A stretch of 40,722 nucleotides of DNA from an uncultured Ruminococcus sp. (GTDB taxonomy: Bacteria; Bacillota; Clostridia; Oscillospirales; Acutalibacteraceae), in NCBI GenBank assembly GCA_902785765.1, contig CACZZU010000014.1:1-40722 (forward strand), written 5' to 3'. Positions 1 through 9,159 of this stretch are shown piece after piece; position 1 is the stretch's first letter; each line of letters begins with the position of its first letter. A program made the translations under genes and the position numbers. A model generated the notes under the pieces. It saw only the letters and a program-made list of their open reading frames with translations. It was not told the origin of the DNA and did no database searches.

Positions 1-143
1 TGTTTTCGGGGGTACGTTCCACGATGGAGGTCAGCGACATTCCCGAGAGTTTCAAAGGTCTGCCCATTACGCTGATTGCCGCAGCGATCACTTCGCTGTC
101 CTTCATGGGATTTGGCGGCGTGATCGAAAACCTGTTTTCTTGA
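1..143 (+). CDS. rnfA: Rnf electron-transport complex subunit A, C-terminal fragment (gene begins upstream of window)
   Basis: Reading frame 3 gives ...DIPESFKGLPITLIAAAITSLSFMGFGGVIENLFS and stops at TGA 141-143. This resembles the last TM helix of RnfA/RsxA. rnfB follows 13 nt downstream. Confidence 0.75.
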   Translation, partial: FSGVRSTMEVSDIPESFKGLPITLIAAAITSLSFMGFGGVIENLFS

Positions 144-155
144 CGGAGGTGCAGT

Positions 156-965
156 ATGTTACAAGCCATTCTGACGGCAGTGATTCCTGTCGTCATCATT
201 GGAGTGCTGTGCGGAGCGGGACTGGTGCTCGCTGCCAAATTGATGGCCGTTAAGGAGGACGAGCGGTACCCCAAGATACGGGAGTGTCTGCCCGGTGCCA
301 ATTGTGGTGCCTGCGGCTATGCAGGCTGTGATGGCTACGCCAAGGCACTGTGTGAGCATCCGGATACGCCCACCAACTTGTGTGTGCCGGGAGCGGACAC
401 CGTTGCCCAGCAGCTCGGTGACCTGTTAGGTGTTGCGAGTGCCGCTGTTGAGAAGAAAACAGCGGTCGTGCACTGTTCCGGCGACTGCACCCATACCCAA
501 GACAAAGTGGACTACAAAGGAATGAAAAGTTGTCGGGCAGCCAAACTGCTTTACGGCGGAAAAGGAAGCTGTCCCTATGGCTGTCTGGGCTTTGGTGATT
601 GTCAGACTGTTTGTCCGCAGGATGCGATCTGTCTGGTCAACGGTGTTGCCCGCATCAATGCGTCACGCTGCATTGGCTGTGGGATGTGTACCCGTACCTG
701 TCCGAACCGGCTCATTACGCTGGTGCCTGCCCGTCCTGCCGCAGTGGTCGCCTGCAGCAATAAGGAGAAGGGGGCGGTTGTGCGGCAGAGCTGTTCAGCC
801 GGTTGTATTGGCTGTAAAAAATGTGAGCGGAGCTGTCCACAGGGGGCTATCAAGGTCACAGACAATCTGGCAGTTATCGACTACGGCAAATGTGAGGACT
901 GCCCCGACTTTGCGGTCTGTGCCCGCCATTGCCCGACCCACGCACTCACCACCTTCCAGATTTGA
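156..965 (+). CDS. rnfB: Rnf complex subunit B (iron-sulfur protein)
   Basis: N-terminal TM helix, then the RnfB-type cluster motif CLPGANCGACGYAGC. Several ferredoxin motifs follow (CIGCGMCTRTCP, CIGCKKCERSCP and others). Located directly after rnfA. Confidence 0.9.
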   Translation: MLQAILTAVIPVVIIGVLCGAGLVLAAKLMAVKEDERYPKIRECLPGANCGACGYAGCDGYAKALCEHPDTPTNLCVPGADTVAQQLGDLLGVASAAVEKKTAVVHCSGDCTHTQDKVDYKGMKSCRAAKLLYGGKGSCPYGCLGFGDCQTVCPQDAICLVNGVARINASRCIGCGMCTRTCPNRLITLVPARPAAVVACSNKEKGAVVRQSCSAGCIGCKKCERSCPQGAIKVTDNLAVIDYGKCEDCPDFAVCARHCPTHALTTFQI

Positions 966-969
966 TCAC

Positions 970-1001
970 AAGGGGACTTTCCGATGAAAGTCCCCTTGTT
1001 T
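970..1001 (+). terminator. Rho-independent terminator after rnfB
   Basis: 11-bp stem AAGGGGACTTT / AAAGTCCCCTT with a 6-nt loop, followed by a weak T tract (GTTTG). Confidence 0.6.
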
Positions 1002-1161
1002 GCAATAGAGATGTACCATCGTCTCCTGTGATAACAGAAAGATTTCTCCCCAACGGTACGCAGGGACGGAAAACTGTCACCCTGAACAGTTGGTTCGACC
1101 ATTCGGGAGAAAAAGTATGCCAAAACCGATGTTTGTCCGGGAGAGAACGGAGGGAAGGCAG

Positions 1162-1190
1162 TTGACAAAGTGATGGCGGGATAGTAAAAT
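1162..1190 (+). promoter_or_regulatory. Sigma-A type promoter of the XpaC-like/vWA/TelA operon
   Basis: TTGACA (1162-1167), 17-nt spacer, TAAAAT (1185-1190). Lies about 45 nt upstream of the RBS and ATG at 1234. Confidence 0.6.
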
Positions 1191-1233
1191 GATGATAGCA
1201 TCGACAGACAAGTCAAGAAGGGAGGATACGTCC

Positions 1234-2004
1234 ATGAAACATCGCATAGGAAAGATGGTCGCACTCAATCTGGGTATCGCTCTTCTGAACGTGGTGCTGT
1301 TTTCACAAGGTCTGGTGGGGCTGAATTTCACCGAGAGTGCTCTCAAAACCGCCTTGGCTGTGACAGTTATCGTGATGAGCCTGATCGCCTTCGGCTATGG
1401 CAACTACACGCTGCTGTTCAGCGAAAAGCCCGAACCGACCGTGCAGCTCTTGCGGGGTACGGAGTTTACCTCCCCACAGGACTATATCCAAGCTCTTGAG
1501 GACAAAAAGGGAAAGGGTGTGTTTGAGGAAGATATTCACACCTCCATTGAGCAGATCAACCGTATGCAGGACAAAGACAGAGCTCTCGACAGCATTCTGG
1601 AGCAGTTTTTTACGCCGCAGGAAATCACTTTTACCCGCTTTCAGTCGGCTATCAATGCCGTACAGGCGATTTTCTACAACAACGTCAAGAAGATGCTCAA
1701 CCGTATGATCATTTTCGACTACAAGGATTACCAAAAACTGCTGGACAAGGTACGCAGTTCACAAGCAAGGTCGACGGGCGGTGTAGTGTCCCGTCCGGTA
1801 GACACCCAGATGCGTATCTATCGGGAGCATATCGAGTATGTTCGCAGTCTGGTGAACATGAACGAGGAGATCCTCATCAAGATGGACGCCCTCCTGTTGG
1901 AAATTTCCAAACTGGATGACCTGGACGAAAAGGGGCTGGAGAATATGGCGGCGGTGCAGGAAATCAACGACCTGATCGCCCAGACAAAATACTACAAAAC
2001 GTGA
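1234..2004 (+). CDS. XpaC-like (5-bromo-4-chloroindolyl phosphate hydrolysis family) membrane protein, tentative
   Basis: ATG 1234 is preceded by AAGGGAGGA. The ORF-track start at 1189 lacks an RBS. Two N-terminal TM helices are followed by a long helical C-terminal domain. Assignment rests mainly on architecture and on linkage to a TelA homologue, as in B. subtilis xpaC-yaaN. Confidence 0.5.
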   Translation: MKHRIGKMVALNLGIALLNVVLFSQGLVGLNFTESALKTALAVTVIVMSLIAFGYGNYTLLFSEKPEPTVQLLRGTEFTSPQDYIQALEDKKGKGVFEEDIHTSIEQINRMQDKDRALDSILEQFFTPQEITFTRFQSAINAVQAIFYNNVKKMLNRMIIFDYKDYQKLLDKVRSSQARSTGGVVSRPVDTQMRIYREHIEYVRSLVNMNEEILIKMDALLLEISKLDDLDEKGLENMAAVQEINDLIAQTKYYKT

Positions 2005-2026
2005 GGTACGAAGGGAGAGGAATGAT

Positions 2027-3721
2027 ATGAGATCGAAAGGCATCAAGATCGCTGTGTTTGCAGGTATCGCTGTTGTGGTGTTTCTGGGCGTGTTTCTCGG
2101 CATCACGCTGACGCAGGATATTGGCAAGTCGGAAGAACAGATCACCACCGAAAAGGCAGAAAAGCAGATAACGTCTCTCTTGCAGGAAATCAAGGTAGTA
2201 CAGGGCAGTGCCCGCAAGGCGGCCATCAGCGATGAGGACATTCTGTCCGATGAAGATGAACTGCCGAAGATCGACACCTATCCGATGAGTGTTCAGGGAA
2301 CCGGTCAGATCAATGTGGAGATCTTTTCGTCTCCCGAAAAAGCCGGTACCGGCACAGACGGCTGGCTGAACGAAGTGGCAGAACGCTTTAATCAGGAAAC
2401 CTTCACGCTGAACGGCAAGACCATCTCCGTATCCATCCGTTCCGTATCGTCCGGCCCTGCACTGGATTATATCCGTTCGGGCAAGTATGTGCCCGAAGCG
2501 ATTTCGCCATCCAATGAGTTTTGGGGCAGTATGATGGAAGCCAGCGGTGTCAAGACCGAATTGATCGAGAAGAAGCTGGCCGGTAATGTGGCCGGTGTCC
2601 TTTTGTCGAAGGATAAGTATCAGGATATGATCAACAAGTACGGTTCAGTGAACATGAAGTCCATTACCGAAGCAACCGCTTCCGGTGAACTGATGATGGG
2701 CTACACCAATCCTTTCGTCAGTTCCACAGGACTGAACTTTCTCATCAATACGCTGTACACCTATGATGGGGATGACCTGTTGAGTCAGACGGCGATCAAC
2801 GGCTTCAAGACGTTCCAGGAGAACGTCCCGTTGGTGTCATATAACACCCTGCAAATGCGTAACGCTGCGGAATCCGGTTCGTTGGATGCGATGGTCATGG
2901 AGTACCAACTGTATGTGAATGATGCAGCGCTGCAGAGCAGCTATGTATTCACACCGTTTGGTGTCCGGCATGATAATCCGCTGTATGCTCTCGGTTCCCT
3001 GCCGAAAGAAAAACACGATGTGCTGACGCAGTTTGCGGCCTATTGCCTGACCGAAGAATCCCAACGCAGTGCCGAGGCGTGCGGTTTCAACCGTAACGAA
3101 AAATATGTGAGCGAGCTGCCCGCTGACCTCAAGGGCACTACCCTTTTGCAAGCTCAAAAGCTTTACAAGGAAAACAAGAACAGCGGTCGTCCCATTGTGG
3201 CGGTGTTTGTGGCGGATACGTCCGGCAGTATGATCGGGGAGCCGATCAATGCCCTGCGGATGTCCCTCATCAACTCGATGCAGTATATCAACCGCGAGAA
3301 CTACATCGGTCTCATCTCCTATGGCAATAAGGTGACCGTTCAATTGCCTATCGCCCAATTTGACCTGAACCAGCAGGCGTATTTCAAAGGAGCTGTACAG
3401 GATCTGGCTGCCAATGGTCAGACCGCTACCAACGATGCTCTCATCGTGGCACTTGATATGATCAACACAGCTCTCGAAAAGACGCCCAACGCTAAACCAA
3501 TGATTTTCCTGTTGAGTGATGGTGAACAGAATGTGGGACACTCTCTGAATGAGGTCGAAGGTGTTCTCCGTGCCTATGAGGTACCGATCTATACCATCGG
3601 CTACAACGCCAACATTGATGCGTTGAAGAAGATTTCAGGCATCAACGAGGCGGCCACCATCAACGCCGACAGCGACGACATTGTGTATCAGCTTAAAAAC
3701 CTCTTCAACTCTGAGATGTAA
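2027..3721 (+). CDS. Membrane-anchored solute-binding-like plus von Willebrand factor A (vWA) domain protein
   Basis: N-terminal TM anchor and a roughly 300-aa periplasmic-binding-protein-like region. The C-terminal vWA domain has MIDAS motif D-T-S-G-S (encoded 3215-3229) and downstream ...TATNDAL... and ...IFLLSDGEQN... motifs. Confidence 0.75.
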   Translation: MRSKGIKIAVFAGIAVVVFLGVFLGITLTQDIGKSEEQITTEKAEKQITSLLQEIKVVQGSARKAAISDEDILSDEDELPKIDTYPMSVQGTGQINVEIFSSPEKAGTGTDGWLNEVAERFNQETFTLNGKTISVSIRSVSSGPALDYIRSGKYVPEAISPSNEFWGSMMEASGVKTELIEKKLAGNVAGVLLSKDKYQDMINKYGSVNMKSITEATASGELMMGYTNPFVSSTGLNFLINTLYTYDGDDLLSQTAINGFKTFQENVPLVSYNTLQMRNAAESGSLDAMVMEYQLYVNDAALQSSYVFTPFGVRHDNPLYALGSLPKEKHDVLTQFAAYCLTEESQRSAEACGFNRNEKYVSELPADLKGTTLLQAQKLYKENKNSGRPIVAVFVADTSGSMIGEPINALRMSLINSMQYINRENYIGLISYGNKVTVQLPIAQFDLNQQAYFKGAVQDLAANGQTATNDALIVALDMINTALEKTPNAKPMIFLLSDGEQNVGHSLNEVEGVLRAYEVPIYTIGYNANIDALKKISGINEAATINADSDDIVYQLKNLFNSEM

Positions 3722-3824
3722 CATCCCCTTTAGGTCATAGCAGGGGGACAACGTCCTTTGCTGCGGGTCGGGGATTTTCCGGCCTGTACATATTCACCAT
3801 ACCATTATAAGGAGGAAACCAACC

Positions 3825-4988
3825 ATGGCATTTTCAATGGAACTGCCCGATGTGGGCGAAGTCAAGGAAGAAGTGAAGGAGCAGGTGGCACCACCGGCCG
3901 AGACAAAAGAACAGTTGGCGAAGGTCGCCGGCACCAACACCGATGAATTGTTTACATTCGACCTCGGTTCGCTGAACGACCGCCGAGCCATTGTCTCTTC
4001 CATCGAAACATTCGGTACGGATATTGTTACCAAGTCTACCCAGAAAAATGAACTGTTGAACGTTCGTCTGGTCGATTTAAGCAAGATGGGCGGCGAAAAC
4101 GGCGAAGTTGTCAACGGTCTGTCCCAACTGCAGATGCAGATGAAGGATCTCGACCCTTCGGGCGTGGATTTTGCGAAAAAAGGACCTCTTGGCAAACTGT
4201 TCAATCCCATCCGCAACTACTTCGCCAAATTTGAGCGGGCGGATGATGTGATCGCCCACACGATCGAATCGTTAAGCCGCGGCAAAGACGTTCTGCGGCG
4301 TGACAATACCACGTTGGAAGTTGAGCAGTTGGCACTGCGTGATCTGACGAAAAAGCTGGCACAGCAGATCGAGCTGGGCACCCAGATGGACGAGGCAATT
4401 GAGACCGCCATCGAAAAGGCGAAAGTCGAGAATGTGGATGAGGAACGTATCAAGTTCATCGAGGAAGAGGTGCTCTTTCCGCTGCGTCAGCGTGTGATGG
4501 ATATGCAGCAGATGCAGACCGTCAATATGCAGGGCATCATCGCAATGGAGATCGTCCGCCGCAATAACCGTGAACTGATCCGTGCGGTAGAACGTGCGGA
4601 GAACGTCACCGTTTCTGCCCTGCGTATCGCTGTGACCGTGGCAAGTGCCTTGTATAACCAGAAGATCGTGTTGGAGAAAGTCAACGCCGTCAATGAAGCG
4701 ACCAACAAGCTGATTGGAGCGACCTCCAAGATGCTCAAAGAGCAGGGAGCCGCCATTCAGCAGCAGGCGATGGAGAGCAATATCTCGGTGGATACCCTGC
4801 GTCAGGCTTTTGCTGATACGTTTGACGCTCTCGACTCCGTTTCGGAGTATAAATCGAAGGCACTCCCGCAGATGCGTACGACAATCGCAGAGTTCCGCAC
4901 ATTGGCCGACGAAGGCGAAAAGCGTATCCTCCAAATGGAAGCCCGCAATGCTGAACTTGCTGCGACGGGAGACAGCCGTCCGCAGTGA
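3825..4988 (+). CDS. telA: TelA/YaaN/KlaA family toxic-anion-resistance protein
   Basis: 387-aa all-helical protein. Typical TelA-like segments are present (GTDIVTKSTQKNELL, ...FAKFERADDVI..., long coiled-coil region). RBS AAGGAGG lies upstream. Confidence 0.8.
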   Translation: MAFSMELPDVGEVKEEVKEQVAPPAETKEQLAKVAGTNTDELFTFDLGSLNDRRAIVSSIETFGTDIVTKSTQKNELLNVRLVDLSKMGGENGEVVNGLSQLQMQMKDLDPSGVDFAKKGPLGKLFNPIRNYFAKFERADDVIAHTIESLSRGKDVLRRDNTTLEVEQLALRDLTKKLAQQIELGTQMDEAIETAIEKAKVENVDEERIKFIEEEVLFPLRQRVMDMQQMQTVNMQGIIAMEIVRRNNRELIRAVERAENVTVSALRIAVTVASALYNQKIVLEKVNAVNEATNKLIGATSKMLKEQGAAIQQQAMESNISVDTLRQAFADTFDALDSVSEYKSKALPQMRTTIAEFRTLADEGEKRILQMEARNAELAATGDSRPQ

Positions 4989-5049
4989 TCGAAAAGCAGA
5001 AAACCGTAACGGTGTTCCGGCAAACTTTACACACGCATCGTTTTATCGT

Positions 5050-5086
5050 GTCCCACAGCTTTCCGCCAGAAGGCTGTGGGACTTTT
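5050..5086 (+). terminator. Rho-independent terminator after telA
   Basis: 10-bp stem GTCCCACAGC / GCTGTGGGAC followed by TTTT. Confidence 0.8.
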
Positions 5087-5169
5087 AGGTTTTCGTCAGC
5101 AATTGCCTGACACCGCCTCTTGATCTTTCCCATCATTTTCCTTCGGAAAATGACAATTTTTCGTCCACA

Positions 5170-5201
5170 GTCACTTTATTGTCACATACACAGCGTATGA
5201 T
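5170..5201 (+). promoter_or_regulatory. Candidate response-regulator box plus -10 element upstream of the ABC transporter
   Basis: Direct repeat GTCAC (5170-5174) and GTCAC (5181-5185), spaced 11 bp in an AT-rich context. It overlaps the -35 position relative to TATGAT (5196-5201). This layout is typical of OmpR-family activated promoters of Bce-like transporters. Confidence 0.4.
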
Positions 5202-5254
5202 GACGACAGAACCACAAAAACACCGTGTGTACCACACAGGAAGGAGCCTGACTT

Positions 5255-5926
5255 ATGGCTATTTTGACAACAGAGAATCTGGTGAAGACTTATGGCACCG
5301 GCGAAAACACGTTCAATGCGATCAACGGCATCTCGATGAGTGTCGAATCGGGCGAGTTTGTTGCTATTGTCGGACAGAGCGGCAGCGGCAAGAGTACCCT
5401 TATGCACCTGTTGGGCGGCGTTGACCGTCCCACCAGCGGAAAGATATTGATTGACGGCAACGAGATCAACACCATGAACAACGACAAACTGGCCATCTTT
5501 CGCCGTCGGCAGATCGGTATCGTCTACCAGTTTTATAACCTCATTCCCATCCTGACGGCGGAGGAAAATATCACCCTGCCGATTGAACTGGACGGCAAGG
5601 AAGTGGACAAGGAACGTTTGGAAGACGTGATGAACAAGCTGGGAATCCTGGATAAGCGGCACAATCTGCCGAATCAATTGTCCGGCGGTCAGCAGCAGCG
5701 TGTTTCCATCGCCCGTGCCATCATCAACAATCCGGCCATCCTGTTGGCGGATGAACCGACCGGTAACCTCGACTCGAAGGCAACGGATGATATTGTCAGC
5801 ATCCTCAAGCTGACGAACAAGACCTATCATCAAACGATCCTGATGATTACCCATAACCTGGAAATTGCCAAGGAAGCCGACCGCATCATTCAGATTCGTG
5901 ACGGCAAGATCGTGGAGGAGGTGTAA
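5255..5926 (+). CDS. ABC transporter ATP-binding protein (MacB/BceA-like)
   Basis: Walker A GQSGSGKST, signature LSGGQQQR, Walker B ILLADEPT, H-loop ITHN. RBS AGGAAGGAG upstream. Confidence 0.92.
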   Translation: MAILTTENLVKTYGTGENTFNAINGISMSVESGEFVAIVGQSGSGKSTLMHLLGGVDRPTSGKILIDGNEINTMNNDKLAIFRRRQIGIVYQFYNLIPILTAEENITLPIELDGKEVDKERLEDVMNKLGILDKRHNLPNQLSGGQQQRVSIARAIINNPAILLADEPTGNLDSKATDDIVSILKLTNKTYHQTILMITHNLEIAKEADRIIQIRDGKIVEEV

Positions 5927-5929
5927 GCG

Positions 5930-8764
5930 TTGCGTATCTTGAGAAAGCTGACGCTGAAAAGCCTGAAGATGAACCGTCTGCGGACGGTGATGACGATCAT
6001 CGGCATTGTGCTGTCTATTGCCCTTATCACCGTCATCACCGGCATGGCAACCAGTGCATGGCAGTCGGTCATACAGTCACAGGTGCGTATGCAGGGCGAC
6101 TATGATATTCGATTGGACGGTTCTTTTGATGAAAAAGATGTCAGCGAGATCATGGCGAACCGCCATGTGCGGGATGTATATGCCCTGCAAACGGTGGGAT
6201 TGGCCAAAAATGAAATGGCCAACCATGTGTCCTATGCGTTCATCCGGCTTGTCTATACCGAAGAAAAATCCCTTGCCGCTTGTGCGACCCGTATTGCTGA
6301 AGGCCGTTTCCCGAAGACGGACAGTGAATTGCTGATTCCACCGCAGTTAGCCAATAGCAAGGAAAAAAGCTATCATGTCGGTGACACCGTGACGCTCTCC
6401 ATTGGCAAGCGTTTTTACAAGGAGGGTGTTATCAGCAATGAAGCACAGGAAGTGGAGCCGGGAATGTCCTATTGGGACAATCAGGAGGAATTTCGTGTAG
6501 AACAGCAGAAGACCTACACCATCGTGGGTATTCTGGAAGAATCCGGCGGCTTCATGGGCAACTTCTACGATAGCAGTATCGATGCCTATACCGGCGGTTC
6601 CCTTCGTTCGGTGGGAACCCTGTATATCCGTTTGACAGACGATGCCGAGAAAAACTATCTGGACGTGCTGTCCCAACTGACCGGCGTGCAAACGACCGAT
6701 GTGCAGGATGTACTCAACAGCAACGTCAGCGACACGCAGCTTCAAAGCATTACAATGGATATGACATCACACAACCCGCATATACAGTCTTTTGGGGTCA
6801 ATCGTCAGCTGTTGAGTGTCAAGGGCTACTATGTTTCCGAAGGACAAAATGATCTCTTGAACCTGGTGTTGATCGTTGGTTTTGTACTGTTAGTCGTAAT
6901 GGCAGCGAGTGTCTTCATCATCCGCAACAGCTTTGCCATCTCCGTTACCGAAAAGACGAAACTGTATGGAATGTTGTCTTCTGTCGGTGCAACGCCCCGA
7001 CAGATCCGTGCGAACGTCTTCTTTGAAGCCGTTGTGCTCGGCTTGTTTGGCATTCCGATCGGCATCCTGTTGGGTGTTGGCGTAACGGGCATTTTGCTGG
7101 CTCTTTGTAATGCTCTGCTCAAAGATATACTCTCCGGTATGCAGCTGATCTTTTGGGTACCGTGGTACACTTATATGTTGGCTGTGGGATTGGGTGTCGT
7201 GACCATTCTGTTGGCGGCCTATAATTCTGCCCATGCTGCGTCTCGTATCTCTCCGATGGAAGCCATTCGCAGCAGCAAAGAGATCAAGATCGGCAAGCGT
7301 CAGAAAAAGCAAAACTACAAGACCCCCAAACTCATCAAGAAGATTTTCGGCATTGGCGGCAGCATCGCATGGAAAAACATGAAACGCAGCCGCCGCCAGT
7401 ACCGCACCACTGTATTGTCGATCATCATCAGTGTGGCGGTCTATCTGACGGCTGCTTCTTTCGTGAACTACAATATCCATGAATTGCAGTCGCAGCACTT
7501 TTACCGTATTTCTGAATTCAATATGCAGGTATCACTGGACAATATGACCTATGACGAAGCGGACGAAACGAGAAAAGCGATCCCCATGCAAGAATTAAAG
7601 CGGCAGTTGGCACAGATCGCCTCGATGGACGGTGTCAAGAAAAGCCGCGTGATCTGTTTACAGTACCCCGGCTATGGTTTCAAGCTCAACGAAAAGGAGC
7701 TGTCCGCCGAATGGCAGAATGATTCCAGTCTTCTGTACGATTTCAAAGCGGAAGAGGGCGGTCACGAGTTCCCGTTCAATTTCTGTGCCGTAGATGACAA
7801 CACTTTCGCCGAACTGTGCCGTATGAACGGCAAGACCGTGGAAGAGTGCCGTAACAAGGGCTTTATCACCAACCGTATCAAGGTCTACACCTACGATGGT
7901 GAGCAGCACAACAAAGGCAAGGAAATCAGCGTGTTCGATCAGCCGATCGGCACAAAACTTGACGGTACCTGTGAGAACTTCTACTATCAAGAAGTCGAAG
8001 GACAGTTTGAGGAAGACGGCAGTCCCGTATACCAAGAAATGAAAACCACCGATCAGCTCTCCATCGAGATAGCGGGGCTGTACCCGAGCGATTATGTGCT
8101 TTCGTTTAACGATTACTCCGAGGGCGTGAACCGTATTATGGTGAGTCTCGATTGGTTCGAGAAGAACATCCAAAGCAAACTGAAAGAAGACGGGCAAGCC
8201 TGCGAGATCACCATGCTGATCGATGCCAAAGATCCCACTGACCTGACGGAAGATCTGAACAGCATGAAGAACGAGGGCAAGCTGTCCATCATAAGCGGTG
8301 TTACCAACTACGCTCAAATCATTAACAACTACCGTTCTCTCATCCTGCTCATTCAAGTCTTTGTGTACGGCTTCATTCTGGTCATCATTCTTATCGGCGT
8401 GACGAACATCTTCAATACCATTACCACCAATATGAAGCTGCGTCAGAAGGAATTTGCGATGCTGCGTTCCATCGGTACGACCAAGCGGGAGTTCAACCGC
8501 ATGATCCATCTGGAGTGCTTGCTGTACACGATGAAGTCACTGCTGTTTGGTATCCCGATCGGTTTGTTGAGCGGATTTGGCATCTATTGGCTGATGAACC
8601 TTGGCAGAGCTCCCGAAAGCCGTGCAGCGTATCTATTCCCGTGGATGGAGATTCTGCTGTGTGTGTTCGTGGTGCTGTTCCTGCTGATTATCATCATGCG
8701 GTTCTCTATTGCCAAGGTTAGCAAGCAGAATATCATCGAGACCATTCGTAACGATAATATCTGA
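5930..8764 (+). CDS. FtsX-family ABC permease, tandem double-module form (944 aa)
   Basis: TTG start 8 nt after GGAGGAGG. The N-terminus (LKSLKMNRLRTVMTIIGIVLS) is typical of MacB/FtsX permeases. The unit TM helix, large extracytoplasmic domain, three TM helices occurs twice. Confidence 0.85.
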   Translation: MRILRKLTLKSLKMNRLRTVMTIIGIVLSIALITVITGMATSAWQSVIQSQVRMQGDYDIRLDGSFDEKDVSEIMANRHVRDVYALQTVGLAKNEMANHVSYAFIRLVYTEEKSLAACATRIAEGRFPKTDSELLIPPQLANSKEKSYHVGDTVTLSIGKRFYKEGVISNEAQEVEPGMSYWDNQEEFRVEQQKTYTIVGILEESGGFMGNFYDSSIDAYTGGSLRSVGTLYIRLTDDAEKNYLDVLSQLTGVQTTDVQDVLNSNVSDTQLQSITMDMTSHNPHIQSFGVNRQLLSVKGYYVSEGQNDLLNLVLIVGFVLLVVMAASVFIIRNSFAISVTEKTKLYGMLSSVGATPRQIRANVFFEAVVLGLFGIPIGILLGVGVTGILLALCNALLKDILSGMQLIFWVPWYTYMLAVGLGVVTILLAAYNSAHAASRISPMEAIRSSKEIKIGKRQKKQNYKTPKLIKKIFGIGGSIAWKNMKRSRRQYRTTVLSIIISVAVYLTAASFVNYNIHELQSQHFYRISEFNMQVSLDNMTYDEADETRKAIPMQELKRQLAQIASMDGVKKSRVICLQYPGYGFKLNEKELSAEWQNDSSLLYDFKAEEGGHEFPFNFCAVDDNTFAELCRMNGKTVEECRNKGFITNRIKVYTYDGEQHNKGKEISVFDQPIGTKLDGTCENFYYQEVEGQFEEDGSPVYQEMKTTDQLSIEIAGLYPSDYVLSFNDYSEGVNRIMVSLDWFEKNIQSKLKEDGQACEITMLIDAKDPTDLTEDLNSMKNEGKLSIISGVTNYAQIINNYRSLILLIQVFVYGFILVIILIGVTNIFNTITTNMKLRQKEFAMLRSIGTTKREFNRMIHLECLLYTMKSLLFGIPIGLLSGFGIYWLMNLGRAPESRAAYLFPWMEILLCVFVVLFLLIIIMRFSIAKVSKQNIIETIRNDNI

Positions 8765-8826
8765 CCCTTTCGTTATCACGGCATCCCTCTTCTGCGTGGG
8801 CAAGCCTTGATATACATCCCCCTTCA

Positions 8827-8874
8827 CATCAAGCGGTACGATTTGCCCCCTTCGTACCGCTTGATGCTCTTTTC
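8827..8874 (+). terminator. Rho-independent terminator after the permease
   Basis: Perfect 14-bp stem CATCAAGCGGTACG / CGTACCGCTTGATG followed by CTCTTTTC. Confidence 0.8.
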
Positions 8875-8942
8875 TGGCAGGATCATGTACCGGTTCTCAC
8901 TTGCAGAGGCGTCTTTAGACATGGCAAAGCAGTACCTGCGGT

Positions 8943-9078
8943 CACGGAAATCAATTTTCAAAATCTGATAGCTGAAAGAACAGTGATCCAATTGGGGGGA
9001 CGCTGCTTTTGCAAATATTTCTTACAAAAACGCAGCGGTTTTCCCCATGTAACTGCCTGACCAAACTTGATTTCCGTG
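8943..9078. mobile_element. MITE-like non-autonomous element, copy A (136 bp)
   Basis: Terminal inverted repeats CACGGAAATCAA (8943-8954) and TTGATTTCCGTG (9067-9078). Flanked by a perfect 9-bp direct repeat ACCTGCGGT (8934-8942 and 9079-9087). Internal sequence is homologous to 29510-29743. No credible ORF. Confidence 0.6.
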
Positions 9079-9096
9079 ACCTGCGGTTTTTGCGAA

Positions 9097-9125
9097 TTGA
9101 CAAACCCCTGTTGCAATACTATAAT
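9097..9125 (+). promoter_or_regulatory. Sigma-A type promoter of the two-component system
   Basis: TTGACA (9097-9102), 17-nt spacer, TATAAT (9120-9125). Confidence 0.7.
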
Positions 9126-9159
9126 AGGAGGTAGAATGTGACGATACGGAGGTGCTGTG

